From: Candidatus Gottesmanbacteria bacterium
Lineage (GTDB): Bacteria > Patescibacteriota > Microgenomatia > UBA10105 > UBA927
DNA length: 64,000 bases
Assembly (NCBI GenBank): GCA_030679255.1
Contig: JAUXTO010000013.1
Coordinates: forward strand, 18,696 to 82,695
Direction: 5' to 3'
The translations under genes were made by a program, and so were the position numbers. Of this stretch, positions 27,778 through 38,782 are shown piece after piece. Position 1 is the first letter of the stretch; each line of letters starts with the position of its first letter. The notes beneath the pieces are model-generated. The model was not told the origin of the DNA. It ran no database searches and saw only the letters and a program-made list of their open reading frames with translations.

Positions 27778-30228
27778 TTATAACGTATGACGAATGCGAT
27801 TGATAGATGATCTACAAACGTAAATACCTAATAGCATAAGCGATGCAGCTGATATAAATGTACCTATCCAAAATATCCGTTGTCCAGTCATCTCAATGAT
27901 TAAATCATAAGTTTCTTTATTATCCATATCTGTAGGCTTTATGTACCAGGCGTTGGCATAGCCATTCACCTTAATATGTGTATTTTCCGGAAGTGATTTC
28001 ATACTAAGGGTCTCAAATGCATTTCTATCAAATATATTATTATTGATATTCCCTTCTCGGATTTCACCGTTAAAATATGCCGTAGCCAGAGAAATTATCG
28101 GGACTTCTTTTGAAGAAAAAAATACCTTCCATTTTTCGTGGAAAGCTTCTGAAAATACCAAAACATACGGATGGTTCGCACCGGATACTTTTACTTTATA
28201 CTTTGTCGGATTAATTCGTTGGAATTGAATATATATTCTATTTGCGCCTTGGGGTACCTCGTTTCTTTGACAAATTGTTACAGACAATATCGTGTTACAA
28301 GTACTCCTGTCCAGATAAATTGAACGAAATACTTTTTTGATTCGATCATCAAAAAAAATATTTGATTTGGCATATGGACTTGAAACAGGTTTTTCATCGT
28401 AAATAAGTACATTACTTGCAACGTAAATGTGAGGCAATAAATCCTTCTCTTCCAAACGATAAATTCCATACGGTCCTGCTTCAAATATTTTATTTGTAGT
28501 CAGATGATCAACGAATTCTTTATATTCCTTCTGATTTTTTGGTAAATATTTACGCGCATAAGAAGTAGAATATGGGTATTCTGGAAAGGTACCATCATAA
28601 ATTAATGGATCCGAATTGTAAAATATATATTGAATATTTAAGATACCGAACATTAACTTAATTAAATCATAATTTCTTTCCCTACTAAGTTTCCAAAACA
28701 TATCGCTAAATGGTGCTAGATCCTGATAACCCGCAAAATCCTTCTTTCCCGTTAGCTGCCCTATCATGGATCGCCCGACAAATGCACCATTATTCAGCCC
28801 ATGAACTACTTGATAATCATAATCGGTAGAGGGTAAAAGTAGAATTTTTCCATCATTTGGTAGTGATCGAATATAATCTAACACTGTCTCAAATTTGGGA
28901 TCCATCACGATACCTACTCTCGTCGTTGATTGAACGTTTAACTGATTTACCAGTTGACCGTTAATAAATTGCCATGAACTAACGATAAAATAGAGCACTA
29001 TAGTAGATGAAAATATTATCACGTACTTGTGTTTTAACCGATTCAATAAAAAAAACGCGGTAACTCCAAATAAAAGTGAGTAAAAAAAGTAGTATACAAA
29101 TTGCCACTGTCCGTAAAAATTTCTAAACATACTAAATCCCGGAATATAAAAAAGACTTCTATAGAGATCGATACCAATATTCGTAATTTTTGCGTTTACT
29201 AAATAATAGGTTAGAAGGAAAAAAAGTCCTATCAGAATAGCTGTCTTATCATATTTTTTCTTCAATATAATACCCAAAATAATTACGAATGGTATGATGA
29301 TGGATGCCCATGATATTTGACTGTACACTGAATGTGCAAACCATCGAAGGCTCAATTTCGGAATTGCCAACGCGCTGGAAAAATATCCTATTTGCTCTAA
29401 CATGTAAGCGTTGTCAAATACGCGAGTATTTGTAGTACTCCCCGGCGAAAAAAGATCAAAAAATTCCGGTAATAGATGAAAAGCATGCAGTCCTAGGAAC
29501 AATAAAAGTCCGAACAGCAGCCCTTTCCAGGGCATTTTTCGTTTCAGGATAAAAACCGTATAAACGATCAGAAATATGATACCTAATGGATAAAACGCAA
29601 AAAATGGAGGCGCTGCGGTCCAAGAAAAGCTATGGCTAAAAAACAAACTTACGAATAATCCTAAACTTAGAAATCGAAATTGTGAGGTAGTTATATACTT
29701 TAAAAGGAGATAGAACATGAGAGGGTTTAAAAATACCTGATCTTGGGAAGGTAAAGCTCGAACGTAATTTTCTGTCATAGCCGGGTTAAAAATATAAAAA
29801 AAGCCAGCAAGAATAGACGCCACCCTAATAACTATCAACGTCCTTTTCTCGGTTACGTTTCTCCCCAACAGCTCATTCACAATCCCGTAAACTGCTAAAA
29901 ACCCTACAGCCACCTTCATACTGTTGTAAAGTGTAAGTAAAATGTATGGAGAATGAATTACTTGTTTCAAAATAGCAAGAACCGATAAAAGAGGAAGATA
30001 AAAAAATCTTGAGTTAAGCCCACCAATTCCGAACGGTAGTACTAAGTACGCTGAATTTTTAATCAGATTTACCGGATCATAAAAATAAAGCCTTCCGCCA
30101 TCTCCACCGATATCTATCTCCCCCGGCCTAAACCAAAAAAATGGAACTACCATTAGCGCACAGGAAACCAAAAGCGCCAGCCAGTGACACTTTATGAAGA
30201 ATCGAATCACACGAAAATATCTATCCAT
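27778..30228 (-). CDS. Large GT-C/YfhO-like membrane protein
   Basis: GEIDIGGD, multiple TMs, PGFSMFRNFYGQW, INPTKY, VNGYANAW. Confidence 0.75.
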   Translation of the reverse strand: MDRYFRVIRFFIKCHWLALLVSCALMVVPFFWFRPGEIDIGGDGGRLYFYDPVNLIKNSAYLVLPFGIGGLNSRFFYLPLLSVLAILKQVIHSPYILLTLYNSMKVAVGFLAVYGIVNELLGRNVTEKRTLIVIRVASILAGFFYIFNPAMTENYVRALPSQDQVFLNPLMFYLLLKYITTSQFRFLSLGLFVSLFFSHSFSWTAAPPFFAFYPLGIIFLIVYTVFILKRKMPWKGLLFGLLLFLGLHAFHLLPEFFDLFSPGSTTNTRVFDNAYMLEQIGYFSSALAIPKLSLRWFAHSVYSQISWASIIIPFVIILGIILKKKYDKTAILIGLFFLLTYYLVNAKITNIGIDLYRSLFYIPGFSMFRNFYGQWQFVYYFFYSLLFGVTAFFLLNRLKHKYVIIFSSTIVLYFIVSSWQFINGQLVNQLNVQSTTRVGIVMDPKFETVLDYIRSLPNDGKILLLPSTDYDYQVVHGLNNGAFVGRSMIGQLTGKKDFAGYQDLAPFSDMFWKLSRERNYDLIKLMFGILNIQYIFYNSDPLIYDGTFPEYPYSTSYARKYLPKNQKEYKEFVDHLTTNKIFEAGPYGIYRLEEKDLLPHIYVASNVLIYDEKPVSSPYAKSNIFFDDRIKKVFRSIYLDRSTCNTILSVTICQRNEVPQGANRIYIQFQRINPTKYKVKVSGANHPYVLVFSEAFHEKWKVFFSSKEVPIISLATAYFNGEIREGNINNNIFDRNAFETLSMKSLPENTHIKVNGYANAWYIKPTDMDNKETYDLIIEMTGQRIFWIGTFISAASLMLLGIYVCRSSINRIRHTL

Positions 30229-30229
30229 A

Positions 30230-31438
30230 TCAAACGATAATGACATCAGGCACGGGAATGATAAACTTTCCCCCCTTCTTCTGATACTCAGTCAGAAAAC
30301 CCATCACTTCGTCCGAAATGTTCCATGGCAGAATCAGAACGTAATCCGGACGGTCATCCACGACTTTAGACGGAGGGTAAATAAGAAAATGTGTCCCCGG
30401 CGTATAGAGACCTTGTTTTGCTTCAGATTTGTCAGCAATGAAGTCCAAGAACTTGCCGAGTCGGAAATAGTTAAGAAGCACCATGCCTTTGGCGGGAGCG
30501 CCATATGCCGCGACGCGTTTGCCGTCTTTTTTAAGCTTCTTTAACAAACCCGTAAGCTGGGTACGTAATTTCTCTACGTTTGTGCGGATTTTGAGATAGC
30601 TTGACAACCTATGAAAACCATGCTGATGCTCTTGGTCAACGAGTTCTCGTACCTGTTCGGAGGCTGAATACATACCCTCGTGACAAACAAAAATCCTAAG
30701 CGACCCGCCCTGCATGTGCACGAACTCGCAATCATAGATACAAAGATTGGCTCGCGCAAAGAGATTTTGCAGCGCAAGAAGTGAATAATAAAAAACATGC
30801 TCGTGATAGATCGTATCAAATTTATTTTCAAACAGGCCGCCGATGTATGGCGACTCAAATACCGCGGTTCCTGTTTTTTTAAGCACCGTCGACACGCCAC
30901 GGACGCACCCGAGGATATCCGGAATGTGAGCTAAGACATTCGCGCCGTAAAGCAAATCAGCGTGAATATTACTACGCGCTAATTCTTTTGCGACTTCGTG
31001 TCCAAAGAACGCAGTCTTTGTAGGTATGCCCTTTTTGATCGCTTCGGCGGCCACGTTCCGGGCCGGGTCAATGCCCAATACCTTTATCCCCGCTTTTTGG
31101 TACCACCGGAGATGGACTCCGTCATTGCTGCCTATCTCTACTACCAGACTCCCTCTCCCTAGTTTTAGTCGCTGTATAAGATAATAAGCTGTTGTTTTGC
31201 TGTACTCGATGATGCTTTGAGTGGTAGAAGAAAAATACAGATAATGACGAAACAGATCCTTGGGATCAACAATTTTGAGAAGCTGTACGAGGTAACATTT
31301 TTGACAAAACCCAACGCTTAGGTCAAAGCTGCGTTCGTTAGGGATATCTTTTTTTTTGAGAAAAGCGTTGACCGGCGGCATGGCGCCGAGAGAGAAAAAT
31401 TCGGTGATCGGATGCCCGCATGCGCGACAGCGTGTCAT
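30230..31438 (-). CDS. NDP-sugar C-methyltransferase (Zn-binding + SAM domains)
   Basis: CRAC, C..CYLVQL, EIGSNDG, FDTIYHEH, GGSLR, YGAPAKG, ILPWN. Confidence 0.9.
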   Translation of the reverse strand: MTRCRACGHPITEFFSLGAMPPVNAFLKKKDIPNERSFDLSVGFCQKCYLVQLLKIVDPKDLFRHYLYFSSTTQSIIEYSKTTAYYLIQRLKLGRGSLVVEIGSNDGVHLRWYQKAGIKVLGIDPARNVAAEAIKKGIPTKTAFFGHEVAKELARSNIHADLLYGANVLAHIPDILGCVRGVSTVLKKTGTAVFESPYIGGLFENKFDTIYHEHVFYYSLLALQNLFARANLCIYDCEFVHMQGGSLRIFVCHEGMYSASEQVRELVDQEHQHGFHRLSSYLKIRTNVEKLRTQLTGLLKKLKKDGKRVAAYGAPAKGMVLLNYFRLGKFLDFIADKSEAKQGLYTPGTHFLIYPPSKVVDDRPDYVLILPWNISDEVMGFLTEYQKKGGKFIIPVPDVIIV

Positions 31439-32796
31439 AATCCTGGACCTCGTCCTACGGCAACATAATGGACACCGGCTTTGATAAACTTAAGCGGATC
31501 ATAGATTCTCCTGCCGTCAATTACGAGCGGATGAGCCATGAGTCGCACGAATTCCTGGGGAGAAATCTTTCTATAGACATCCCAGGCTGTCACGAGAATC
31601 ACGGCTTCAGCATTTTTAATAGCACCCTCATAATTTTTCTCAAGCGTCACTCCTAACTGATGAAGCGATTCCGGCACTTCCGCCTTATACGCTTCCGGGT
31701 CATGGCATGTTACGTCTGCTCCGCGTGCCACAAGCTCTCTCATGATGATAAGCGCGGGCGATTCGCGCATATCATCGGTATTCGGTTTAAAGGACAGTCC
31801 CAAAACGGCCACCCGTTTGCCGCGAAGTTCGCCAAGTGCACGCGAGGCCAGTTCAACAAGCCGGTGTGGCTGCTTATCGTTAATAGCAATAGTGCTTCCC
31901 AATATCGACATGGACACTCCCTTATCCGATGCAAAGCGATACAGAGCCTTCGTATCTTTAGGAAAGCAGCTTCCTCCGTACCCGCAACCGCTAAAAAGAT
32001 AATGGATAATCCCCGGCGTAATCCTTTTATTTCCCACTTTCGGACTCCATCTCCTGTCCGCGTGAACCGTTTGCCATACGTCAACAATATCCACGCCAGG
32101 CGTTTGTGCCGCAATATCCCCAATCTCATTGGAAAAACTTACAAGTGTCGCCAGCAATACGTTGGATACGTATTTACTCATCTCTGCGGTAGAAAGGTTG
32201 GTGAAAAACTTGGGACAGGTATTTTTAGCAAATAGCTTCGCATAGACGCGCGCGCTTTTATTGTCTAGGCTTCCGATGACAATCCGGTCAGGATCGAGGG
32301 CATCTTCAAGGGCATTGCCTTCGCGCAAAAACTCCGGGTTCATACAAAGTCCGACGTCTTTTGCCGATTTAGCCGACGCTTGGGCAAGTATCGGCCATAC
32401 CACCTGCTCTGTAGTCCCGGGCACCACAGTCGACTTAACGGTAACAACGTGATAGGACCGTTTCTTGAAAAGTGCCTCTCCTACAAGGGCAACTGCATCT
32501 TTCACTTGTGTCAGATCGATAGACCCATCCACAGTAGGAGTACCAACTGCGACAATTGTTATATCGGACGCGATGACACTTCGCGAAAAATCTACAGAGG
32601 CAATAAAACGCTTTTGTGCTATGACGCGGCGTAAAAGTATATCAAGTCCCGGTTCAAAAAAAGGGGCTTTTCCTGCATTGATAGATTCGACTTTATCAGG
32701 GTTTCTCCCAACGCATATCACGTGGTGACCCGCATGGGCAAACGCGATCCCAGTCACCAATCCTACATATCCGGTACCGATAATAGAAACATTCAT
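31435..32796 (-). CDS. ugd: UDP-glucose/GDP-mannose dehydrogenase
   Basis: GTGYVG, KSTVVPGT, NPEFLREG, GYGGSCFPKD, FKPNTDDMRES. Confidence 0.92.
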   Translation of the reverse strand: MNVSIIGTGYVGLVTGIAFAHAGHHVICVGRNPDKVESINAGKAPFFEPGLDILLRRVIAQKRFIASVDFSRSVIASDITIVAVGTPTVDGSIDLTQVKDAVALVGEALFKKRSYHVVTVKSTVVPGTTEQVVWPILAQASAKSAKDVGLCMNPEFLREGNALEDALDPDRIVIGSLDNKSARVYAKLFAKNTCPKFFTNLSTAEMSKYVSNVLLATLVSFSNEIGDIAAQTPGVDIVDVWQTVHADRRWSPKVGNKRITPGIIHYLFSGCGYGGSCFPKDTKALYRFASDKGVSMSILGSTIAINDKQPHRLVELASRALGELRGKRVAVLGLSFKPNTDDMRESPALIIMRELVARGADVTCHDPEAYKAEVPESLHQLGVTLEKNYEGAIKNAEAVILVTAWDVYRKISPQEFVRLMAHPLVIDGRRIYDPLKFIKAGVHYVAVGRGPGL

Positions 32797-33905
32797 TATT
32801 TTTTTCTCCCCGTTGCCTGATACCACTGCAGAGTACGAGTGAGTCCTTCTTCCAAGGAAATCTTAGGATCATACCCCAACTCCTGTTTCGCTTTTTGAAT
32901 CGATGGCCGGCGACGCTGAGGATTATCTGTCAGGTAATCTTTATCCTCGCTTTTTGACTGTTGGACACGCCCGCCGTACCCGAAGTGCTCCTTTGCAAGA
33001 ATTGCTATTCGGGAAGCCAAATCCGCCACGGAAACTTCCGGTAACTCAATCCCTATATTGTATGCCTCTCCCGAAGTGCCATTTACCAAAGCCTTGATAT
33101 ACCCGATCATGGCATCGGCAACATAGCAAAACGTTCGCGAAGGAGCACCGGTTGAATGCATGACGATATCTTCACCGGATAAAATATTGCGGGCAAAATC
33201 AGCAATGACTCTTCCATCGGTTATTTTCATGCCCGGGCCGTAGTTATTAAACGGCCGTACTGTCACGATTGGGATTCCGTGTATACGGACAAAATTGACA
33301 CAAAGCGTCTCACAAAATCTCTTCGACTCATCATAACAGGCCCGGGGTCCTGTACAGGAAACATTGCCCCGGTAATCTTCCGACGTGGGAATCCGCTCCG
33401 CGGGAGGGTCGCCGTAAATTTCACTTGATGAAAAATAGAGCAATTTTTTGAGTTTCGTCCGCGAGGACTTCGTTTTCACAAGCTGATCTAATATCCTGTA
33501 TAGCCCCAGGACGTTTGCCGTCATGGTTTCAATGGGATACTGCCGATAGACCATGGGTGAGGCAAATGATGCAGCGTGGATAATGTAATCATACGGTCCG
33601 TCTGCAAGTAATGGGTCCCGTGTCACGTCGCTCGAAACAACCCGGATATCATCGGTTTTTACTAAATGAGCAAGCCACGTAGGGATACCTTCACGGAACC
33701 GACTCAACGCCGTAAGACTGATTTTTTGTTTGGGGTGGTGTTCATTCCAATAGGCAATCGCCCATATGCAGTAATATCCTAAAAAACCGCCGGCACCGGT
33801 AAGGAGGAGCTTTGTCCCGGCCATAGCAGCAAACTCCGAGCTTGCTTGCTCGGTAATGTACTCTACATCTATCCTCACCACGTCATGGGGAAATATTATT
33901 GCCAT
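32796..33905 (-). CDS. NAD-dependent epimerase/decarboxylase (UXS-like)
   Basis: TGAGGFLG, SSSEIYGDP, GPRACYDESKR, RPFNNYGPG, RTFCYV. Confidence 0.88.
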   Translation of the reverse strand: MAIIFPHDVVRIDVEYITEQASSEFAAMAGTKLLLTGAGGFLGYYCIWAIAYWNEHHPKQKISLTALSRFREGIPTWLAHLVKTDDIRVVSSDVTRDPLLADGPYDYIIHAASFASPMVYRQYPIETMTANVLGLYRILDQLVKTKSSRTKLKKLLYFSSSEIYGDPPAERIPTSEDYRGNVSCTGPRACYDESKRFCETLCVNFVRIHGIPIVTVRPFNNYGPGMKITDGRVIADFARNILSGEDIVMHSTGAPSRTFCYVADAMIGYIKALVNGTSGEAYNIGIELPEVSVADLASRIAILAKEHFGYGGRVQQSKSEDKDYLTDNPQRRRPSIQKAKQELGYDPKISLEEGLTRTLQWYQATGRKK

Positions 33906-34675
33906 ACCTTCCACGGAGGGTTACCGCCCGCCCACAATTCGTTAAGTGTCTCAAGCTCTTTATACGTGTCGACCGCGTACCAGAATCCTTCATGTGAATA
34001 AAGCGACAATTGCCGTTCTTTTGCGAGCCTCTGGAGAGCCGGATGCTCTGTTTCTCCATTATGGAGATAATCAAAAAAATTCCGTTCAAACACCATAAAT
34101 CCACCGTTTACCCAATCGTTCATAACCGGCTTTTCAGCAAAACTTGTCACCATATGTTCCTCATCAGCTATTGCCATACCAAACTTGCTGCGTGGATGAA
34201 CACCCGTTATGGTTCCGATGGTCTTCTGCTTATTGTGAAATGCAATAAGCTTTTTGATGTCTATATCAGATACTCCATCACCGTAGGTGACCATGAATTG
34301 CCGTTCATCTGCCGGAATATACTGCTCGCAGCGTAAAATCCGTTCACCGGGAAGTGTATCAGCGCCGGTATCTACGAAGGTAATCGTGAAATCTTCAACA
34401 TCTCGTCTGTTCTCCAAATAATACGTGACTTTGTGAGTTTTGGTTGAAAGGGTAAAATCTGAAGTAAATGCTTTTTGATTGAGAAAAAAATCCTTCATGT
34501 ATTCTGCTTTATATCCGAGTGCAAGGACAAAATCGCGAAATCCATACGAGGCATAAATTTTCATAATATGCCATATCATAGGTTTTCCGCCAACATGGAC
34601 CATTGGCTTTGGTTTAAATTCCGTTTCCTCTTTTAACCGATACCCTGTCCCGCCACATAAAATAATCGTTTTCAT
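33896..34675 (-). CDS. rfbF: Glucose-1-phosphate cytidylyltransferase
   Basis: ILCGGTGYRLKEETEFKPKPMV, WHIMKIY, TYGDGVSD, NGGFMVF, GFW.AVDT; GAGG RBS upstream. Confidence 0.88.
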   Translation of the reverse strand: MKTIILCGGTGYRLKEETEFKPKPMVHVGGKPMIWHIMKIYASYGFRDFVLALGYKAEYMKDFFLNQKAFTSDFTLSTKTHKVTYYLENRRDVEDFTITFVDTGADTLPGERILRCEQYIPADERQFMVTYGDGVSDIDIKKLIAFHNKQKTIGTITGVHPRSKFGMAIADEEHMVTSFAEKPVMNDWVNGGFMVFERNFFDYLHNGETEHPALQRLAKERQLSLYSHEGFWYAVDTYKELETLNELWAGGNPPWKVWQ

Positions 34676-34682
34676 GACATCC

Positions 34683-35681
34683 TCACTTTCTTTTTGACTT
34701 GTAACTAAAAAATCCCTCTGCGATCCACCACGATTCATAGTATACAAAGAATATATTCAGTATTGGTATCAGGACTATGCGTGAGTCACCGAGTGTTGCA
34801 GACGATACATACATCTTTGGAGTATAAACGAATGCAAACAAAAGAAGAAGTATCCATCCTATCCCGGGTATAAAACCGGTAGCAGCAAGTATTGGCTTTA
34901 CCAAAAAAATGATTGACGCTTTTATATCCTGCAAAGGATCTTTACGTAAAAATCTTCCCATAGAGCGGGCATACATTTTTTTACTTTGCATCATCTGCAA
35001 CAAGGAATAATCTTCGGCTTTATAATGAAGGTGATAACATCTCGCATCCGTACGAACGATACGCCAGTGATGTCTGAGCCGGTTGGTCAAATCCGCATCT
35101 TCACCACCAATACTGTTATCCCCTCCAAAATTATCTTCGTCAAACCCGCCAACTGATAAAAAGGCATCTCTCCGTACACAATCAAACTTCAGAACCATAA
35201 GCGATGAATAATTCTCTACCATCCGTGCAGCGAAATACTTTTCCCAAAAATTATATTTATCCCATACAAACTGAGGAAGGACTGACGTAGAGTACGTTGC
35301 TCCTATCTTCAAATCATCCAACAACGGCTTGACGAGTCGGCCCAGCTCAAACGAAGTAGGGAGTGAAACATCAGAAGTCATCAATACAACAAATGGAGTC
35401 TTTGCATCCTTGATTCCCCGGTTGTAACTTGCTGCTACGCCTTTGTCTTCCGTCTGACGGAGTATCGTGATCGGAATGGTACATTTTTTTGCGAATGCTC
35501 GTACGATTTCTCTTGAAGAATCCACAGATACGTTATCAACTACTAAAATTTCCTTTATGGGATATCGCTGGACGGCAATCGATTGAAGGCAATCCAGAAG
35601 CGTGGTCTGGCTATTTCGCATTGGAATAACGACGGTAACGGATACCGAACCATTTGGATATGTATGTTTATTACCCATCAT
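34683..35681 (-). CDS. GT2 glycosyltransferase with C-terminal TMs
   Basis: TVVIPMRN, VVDNVSVD, VGGFDE, GEDADL. Confidence 0.85.
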   Translation of the reverse strand: MMGNKHTYPNGSVSVTVVIPMRNSQTTLLDCLQSIAVQRYPIKEILVVDNVSVDSSREIVRAFAKKCTIPITILRQTEDKGVAASYNRGIKDAKTPFVVLMTSDVSLPTSFELGRLVKPLLDDLKIGATYSTSVLPQFVWDKYNFWEKYFAARMVENYSSLMVLKFDCVRRDAFLSVGGFDEDNFGGDNSIGGEDADLTNRLRHHWRIVRTDARCYHLHYKAEDYSLLQMMQSKKMYARSMGRFLRKDPLQDIKASIIFLVKPILAATGFIPGIGWILLLLFAFVYTPKMYVSSATLGDSRIVLIPILNIFFVYYESWWIAEGFFSYKSKRK

Positions 35682-36793
35682 GACTCCTCTAGATGACGAA
35701 AGTGCTTAGCGTAATATGATTCATAATAGAAATATTTATTAAAAGCTTCAAGTCCTCGTTGGTATGAGCTGTACATTCGACTGATTTTTTTTACGGCAGT
35801 ATACAGAGCGTCAGGCGTTCGATCGATAATCTCACCTGCATGAAATTTATTAATATACGGCATGATGCTTGATGTTTTACTCATAATGATAGGAAGATTC
35901 ATTTCCGCATATGCTTTTATTTTACCTGGATCTGAGTAGTAAATAGTGTTCGTAGAATCGGTTGTATAGAGAGCAAGACCAACCAAACATTTTTTAGAAA
36001 GTTGGGTCAATTCTCCATCAAAATAAAATCTATTTGGGAAATGCACTTGAGTGTGGATACCTTCGTCGTGGATAAGTGTCTGATGATGATCGTACGTTTC
36101 TTTATCGCAAATTCCCACAATTTCTAACCGGTAATCCCTATGACGTGATAAAAATTGATAAACAACATCAAGTCCCACAGTTTCCCGAATAACACCTACA
36201 TATAATAATGTTTTTGAAACATTTGGTACACTACGTTTAATCTGTTTTGGATTGACTCCCCACATGATCGTTCGCCGAAATGATGTATTCATATCGATTC
36301 CGTTCATCTGCTTATTCACTCCGTCACCCAAATAACAAGCATACTTCATGCCATCATGATAAAATTTCTTAACTCTTTCATACCAATAAAGCGTTTTATT
36401 AATCGGAGGGAAATAATCTGCTATCCAATATACGAACTCAACGTTACGGAAAAGTTTCTGGATGCTTCCAAGAAAAAAGTTATACGGGTGCGCGATGATG
36501 AGATAGATTTGTTCATCCCTTCCAAAATACTTCCATAACGCCCACACATAATTCCAATACCAAAAAAAATAATACGGGAAAAACTTTTCTGACATGCGGA
36601 GGGGAACCTTTTCAATCAATTTTCCCCTCTCATAGATGTGAAGTTCATTGTCTTTATTCTGCACCCTGGGCATGAGCAGAAATACCAAAAACTTTTCCGT
36701 GTGATCGCGGAAATATTCGAAGCTGTTACCGCACCATTGATGGCTACTGTAAAGAATAATATTTTTATAACGATATTGCTTCAAAGAAGCCAT
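35678..36793 (-). CDS. GT4-like glycosyltransferase
   Basis: LLYVGVI, GLALY, DPGKIKAY..NLPII; resembles 15820-17019 and 38782-39957. Confidence 0.72.
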   Translation of the reverse strand: MASLKQYRYKNIILYSSHQWCGNSFEYFRDHTEKFLVFLLMPRVQNKDNELHIYERGKLIEKVPLRMSEKFFPYYFFWYWNYVWALWKYFGRDEQIYLIIAHPYNFFLGSIQKLFRNVEFVYWIADYFPPINKTLYWYERVKKFYHDGMKYACYLGDGVNKQMNGIDMNTSFRRTIMWGVNPKQIKRSVPNVSKTLLYVGVIRETVGLDVVYQFLSRHRDYRLEIVGICDKETYDHHQTLIHDEGIHTQVHFPNRFYFDGELTQLSKKCLVGLALYTTDSTNTIYYSDPGKIKAYAEMNLPIIMSKTSSIMPYINKFHAGEIIDRTPDALYTAVKKISRMYSSYQRGLEAFNKYFYYESYYAKHFRHLEES

Positions 36794-36813
36794 ATGAGGA
36801 AATCCCCGCAATG

Positions 36814-38055
36814 TTAAAGCCTCGTTTCACCGTCGCGGGTCAACACATAGGGGTACGGCATGATAAAGAGAAATTTCCCACCGGAAGCAAGATACTCCCG
36901 CTCACGCTCAACGATTTCCGATTTAAAATTCCATGGAATCACAAAAACGCAGGAAGGCTTGAGCTCTCTCGCCCTCTCTTCAGAAATAAGCTCAATATCG
37001 TCGCCCAACGTCCGGAGTCCCACTTTTTCAGGATTGCGTTCGCTGATGTAGGGCAACATCTTCTTCGTAATTCCACACATCTGCAGAAGGACGTTGCCTT
37101 TCGTCGATGCTCCAAGCCCGATGGTCAACCCTTTTTGTTTGCCGATATACTCCCGTACGCGTGTCGTGGTGTATGCGATGAGTTTTTCAAAAATATCATA
37201 TGTCTCCGGGTCTTCCAGATGCAGTGCCTTTTCCCGAAGCAACAGATACTCTACGCTGTCCGATACGTCCCGCTTTGCTTCTTTTTTAGCAGCCAAAATC
37301 CGCAAACTCCCGCCATTGACGGCATTGGTGGATGCATCAAATACACGCATCCCGTTTTTTTCCATCAAATACATGATGCTTTTAAGGGAATAATATTCCA
37401 AATGTTCATGACAGAAATCATAAAAGTTCATATCTTTGATCGTGTCGTAGAGGTAACTTACCTGAATACATAACACTCCGTCATCGGCAAGGATCTCTTT
37501 AATATCCCGCACCGCCTTATTGGGATCATTGAGATCATAAAACATCGCTGTTGAGGTAATGGCTTTAAATTTCCACTTCTTGAGCGTATCGGTTGGGAAA
37601 TAATCGTTGACGACGGTGATGTTCTTGTCTAAGTGGGACCAGTCGATGTTTTTGGCCGGATCTATGCCGACGCGCGTGAGCGTATCCGGAAACATAGAGA
37701 TCATCGTCCCATCGTTGCAGCCGATGTCCAGCACCGCATCGCCCTTTTTTACCGTAATGCGCGATAAAGCATCTTCCACGACCGTTTTCAGGTCACGGCT
37801 CATGGTTTTGGTGACGTGGGACCGGTAAAAATACTGTTCATAGAGCAAATCAGGCTCCACCGTTTCCTTAAGCTGGACAAGCCCGCATTTATCGCATAAC
37901 AAGGCCGTCATCGGTATTTTAATGTTCGATTTCGGATTATCTTTGTTAGACTTCACAAACGTGGAGGCTATAAATTGGGGCTTAATCCGGACGACAGGAG
38001 CGAGCTTTTTGCTTCCGCACACCCGGCACGCTTTGATAAGTGAATAATGTTTCAT
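36814..38055 (-). CDS. Second NDP-sugar C-methyltransferase
   Basis: CRVC, CDKCGLVQL, LDIGCNDG, CHEHLEYY, NGGSLR, GASTKGN, IPWNF. Confidence 0.9.
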   Translation of the reverse strand: MKHYSLIKACRVCGSKKLAPVVRIKPQFIASTFVKSNKDNPKSNIKIPMTALLCDKCGLVQLKETVEPDLLYEQYFYRSHVTKTMSRDLKTVVEDALSRITVKKGDAVLDIGCNDGTMISMFPDTLTRVGIDPAKNIDWSHLDKNITVVNDYFPTDTLKKWKFKAITSTAMFYDLNDPNKAVRDIKEILADDGVLCIQVSYLYDTIKDMNFYDFCHEHLEYYSLKSIMYLMEKNGMRVFDASTNAVNGGSLRILAAKKEAKRDVSDSVEYLLLREKALHLEDPETYDIFEKLIAYTTTRVREYIGKQKGLTIGLGASTKGNVLLQMCGITKKMLPYISERNPEKVGLRTLGDDIELISEERARELKPSCVFVIPWNFKSEIVEREREYLASGGKFLFIMPYPYVLTRDGETRL

Positions 38056-38098
38056 ACCAATGGTCACCATTCTATGACGGATAGCGGGAAATTACAAG

Positions 38099-38782
38099 AT
38101 GAATTATAATACTCACATCGTGAATATGCTCCTTTTTTTCCTTTACCACTTCCAGATGTTCATGCGGGAACTAAACTGGATGATCTATAAAAATAAAATT
38201 ACCTCGAACGGGAAGGCCATCATGAGTTTTGGAGCAGGTATTATCGGACAGAGTAATAAAAATCAAGTGGTATTGGGAAAAAATGTGCGACTTTCCGGAT
38301 GGCTCACTGTTCTTGAGAAAGGTAAAATCACCATTGGGGACTATACGCTGATCGGCAACAAAACAGTGATACAAGCGTGGGATGCTGTCACCATCGGAGC
38401 ATATTGTATGATTTCTCCTGACGTATGGATACAGGACAATAATAGCCACTCTATCTATGCGCAAGACCGATTGGTCGACATGCTTGGATCCAGGGATTTC
38501 AATGACATAGGCATTGATACCACCGAAGCTGTCAAACAACCAGTCGTCATTGGGAATCACGTTTGGATCGGCCGGAGGGCAATGATATTAAAAGGAGTGA
38601 CTATCGGAGACCGGGCTATCATAGCCGCTGGAGCCGTCGTAACCCATGATGTTCTTGCCGATACGATCGTTGCAGGCAATCCGGCGGTGGTGGTAAAAAA
38701 AATATCCCCAAATTCCGTAGATATACCCAAAGCCCATGAAACTATTTCAAAACTTCAAAATAAAATGAAACATTCCTCATAA
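38099..38782 (+). CDS. LbH acyltransferase (maltose/galactoside O-acetyltransferase-like)
   Basis: [11 protein letters not shown]...[22 protein letters not shown]...VAGNPA. Confidence 0.87.
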   Translation: MNYNTHIVNMLLFFLYHFQMFMRELNWMIYKNKITSNGKAIMSFGAGIIGQSNKNQVVLGKNVRLSGWLTVLEKGKITIGDYTLIGNKTVIQAWDAVTIGAYCMISPDVWIQDNNSHSIYAQDRLVDMLGSRDFNDIGIDTTEAVKQPVVIGNHVWIGRRAMILKGVTIGDRAIIAAGAVVTHDVLADTIVAGNPAVVVKKISPNSVDIPKAHETISKLQNKMKHSS

